This document shows, piece by piece, positions 24,124 to 25,111 of a DNA stretch of 25,111 bases. The notes beneath the pieces were generated by a model. That model did not search any database and was not told the DNA's origin. It saw nothing but the letters and a program-made list of their open reading frames with translations. Source of the DNA: a virus (taxonomy: Duplodnaviria; Caudoviricetes); the IMG/VR virus record IMGVR_UViG_3300012943_000059, positions 1 through 25,111 of that record. One strand, written 5' to 3'. Within the stretch, counting starts at the first letter, position 1; every line of letters starts with the position of its first letter. Position numbers and translations under genes: made by a program.

Positions 24124-25025
24124 GCACCGGGATTCTGGCGTCGTTCTTCTACTACGGCCGCTACGACTTCTCCCGGCTGCCCCGCCGGGTCGGGCTGATC
24201 CTGGACAGTGGTGCCTTCTCGGCCTACACCTCGGGAGCCGAGGTCAGCCTGGACGACTACGGCCGGTGGCTTGCCTCGTTGTCGGCCCCGGACAGTCCGG
24301 TGGCCCCGCGCTTCGCCTTCAACCTGGACGTCCTGGCCGACGCCCCCGCGTCGTTGGCGAACTGGCGTCGCCTCAAGAACGACCACGGGCAGATCACCGT
24401 CCCGGTCGTGCACTACGGAACGCGCCCGCACGAGCTGGAGCCCTATATAGAGGAGGGGGCCGACCGGATCGCCCTCGGCGGGGTGGCCACCGGCTCGGGT
24501 GGTCGGCAGGCCCTGGCCTGGGCCGCCCACGTCCTGCGCTACCTCGGCGAGCACCATCCCGACATTCCGACCCACGGCCTCGGGGTGCACATGCGCGGGC
24601 CGCTGGCCCGGCTCCCCTGGTCCACCACCGACTCGTCGAGCTTCACCTCGGCCTGGCGGTATGCCCGGCTCGCGATCTGGATTCCCTCACCGAGTAGCCC
24701 CGGCCGGGGTCGGTGGACGACGGTCGACCTGGACGGCCGAGCCATCTACCGGTACGGAGCCACGCTGCGGCGGTACTACGAGACGACCCCGGAGGCGATC
24801 GAGCGGTCCACCCCGGACAAGCGCACCGAGCTGGTCAAGGTGGCGACCCGGATCGAGGTTCGGGCGGCGACCGACTGGGACCTGATCCATCCCCGGCCGG
24901 TCGATCGCTACAACTCGTCCGGCTCCGACCTACTGGGTGGCGACCAGACGGCCCATGAGATCGACCGCTACCTCGTGGACACCTACGAGGGGCACCTGGA
25001 AGCGGCGGCAAGAGAGGTCAGCTGA
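24120..25025 (+). CDS. dpdA: TGT-fold transglycosylase (DpdA-like, putative DNA 7-deazaguanine insertase), 301 aa
   Basis: GTGA overlap; LDSGAFSA, NLDV, PVVHYG, IALGG, HGLG, DSSSF; located in the que cluster. Confidence 0.8.
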   Translation: MSTGILASFFYYGRYDFSRLPRRVGLILDSGAFSAYTSGAEVSLDDYGRWLASLSAPDSPVAPRFAFNLDVLADAPASLANWRRLKNDHGQITVPVVHYGTRPHELEPYIEEGADRIALGGVATGSGGRQALAWAAHVLRYLGEHHPDIPTHGLGVHMRGPLARLPWSTTDSSSFTSAWRYARLAIWIPSPSSPGRGRWTTVDLDGRAIYRYGATLRRYYETTPEAIERSTPDKRTELVKVATRIEVRAATDWDLIHPRPVDRYNSSGSDLLGGDQTAHEIDRYLVDTYEGHLEAAAREVS

Positions 25026-25111
25026 ATGTGTGGAATCTTCGGACGAATCTGTAGGACCCCGGACACCTGGTTGCGACTGCCCCGCGACTTGATCGAGACG
25101 GCCCAGACCAG
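25026..25111 (+). CDS. Partial class II (Ntn) glutamine amidotransferase, possibly Gat-QueC
   Basis: Starts MCGIFG immediately after the dpdA-like stop, with a GAGG SD; truncated by the window end. Confidence 0.75.
   Translation, partial: MCGIFGRICRTPDTWLRLPRDLIETAQT

Noticed and set aside
24120-25025. Canonical tRNA-guanine transglycosylase (tgt) for queuosine tRNA modification
   Set aside because: It lacks the Zn-binding motif, is shorter than bacterial Tgt and has no tRNA or queA nearby; the phage que/ParB context favours a DNA-acting enzyme.
1-25111. Integrase, att site, transposase or reverse transcriptase
   Set aside because: No such motifs seen; lifestyle (temperate vs lytic) cannot be determined from this window.

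Overview
High-GC (actinobacterial-type) tailed-phage or prophage DNA; no integrase, tRNA or CRISPR array is visible. Left to right: a partial minus-strand ORF, an orphan plus-strand gene and two small minus-strand ORFs; a Klenow-like family A DNA polymerase (minus); a ~200-nt multi-hairpin non-coding element; a ~6.8 kb minus-strand array of ~22 small, mostly translationally coupled accessory genes; a divergent promoter region and a ribbon-helix-helix (RHH) regulator; a plus-strand replication/recombination module (primase-polymerase/helicase, a putative origin palindrome with a (CA)10 tract, SNF2 helicase, Cas4-like nuclease, Sak4-like ATPase, SSB-like protein, VRR-NUC); a portal, a probable detached portal C-terminal domain, and a MuF protein with a long C-terminal extension followed by an Rmf/CrpP-like small gene; and the start of a 7-deazaguanine DNA-modification cluster (queD, queE, ParB-like, DpdA/TGT-like, glutamine amidotransferase). 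The most novel-looking signals are the structured element at 3001-3198, a recurrent intergenic TGTAGTAC motif that is a candidate RHH operator and also forms that element's closing stem, and the non-canonical head-gene arrangement. All functional calls come from reading motifs by eye; no searches were run.
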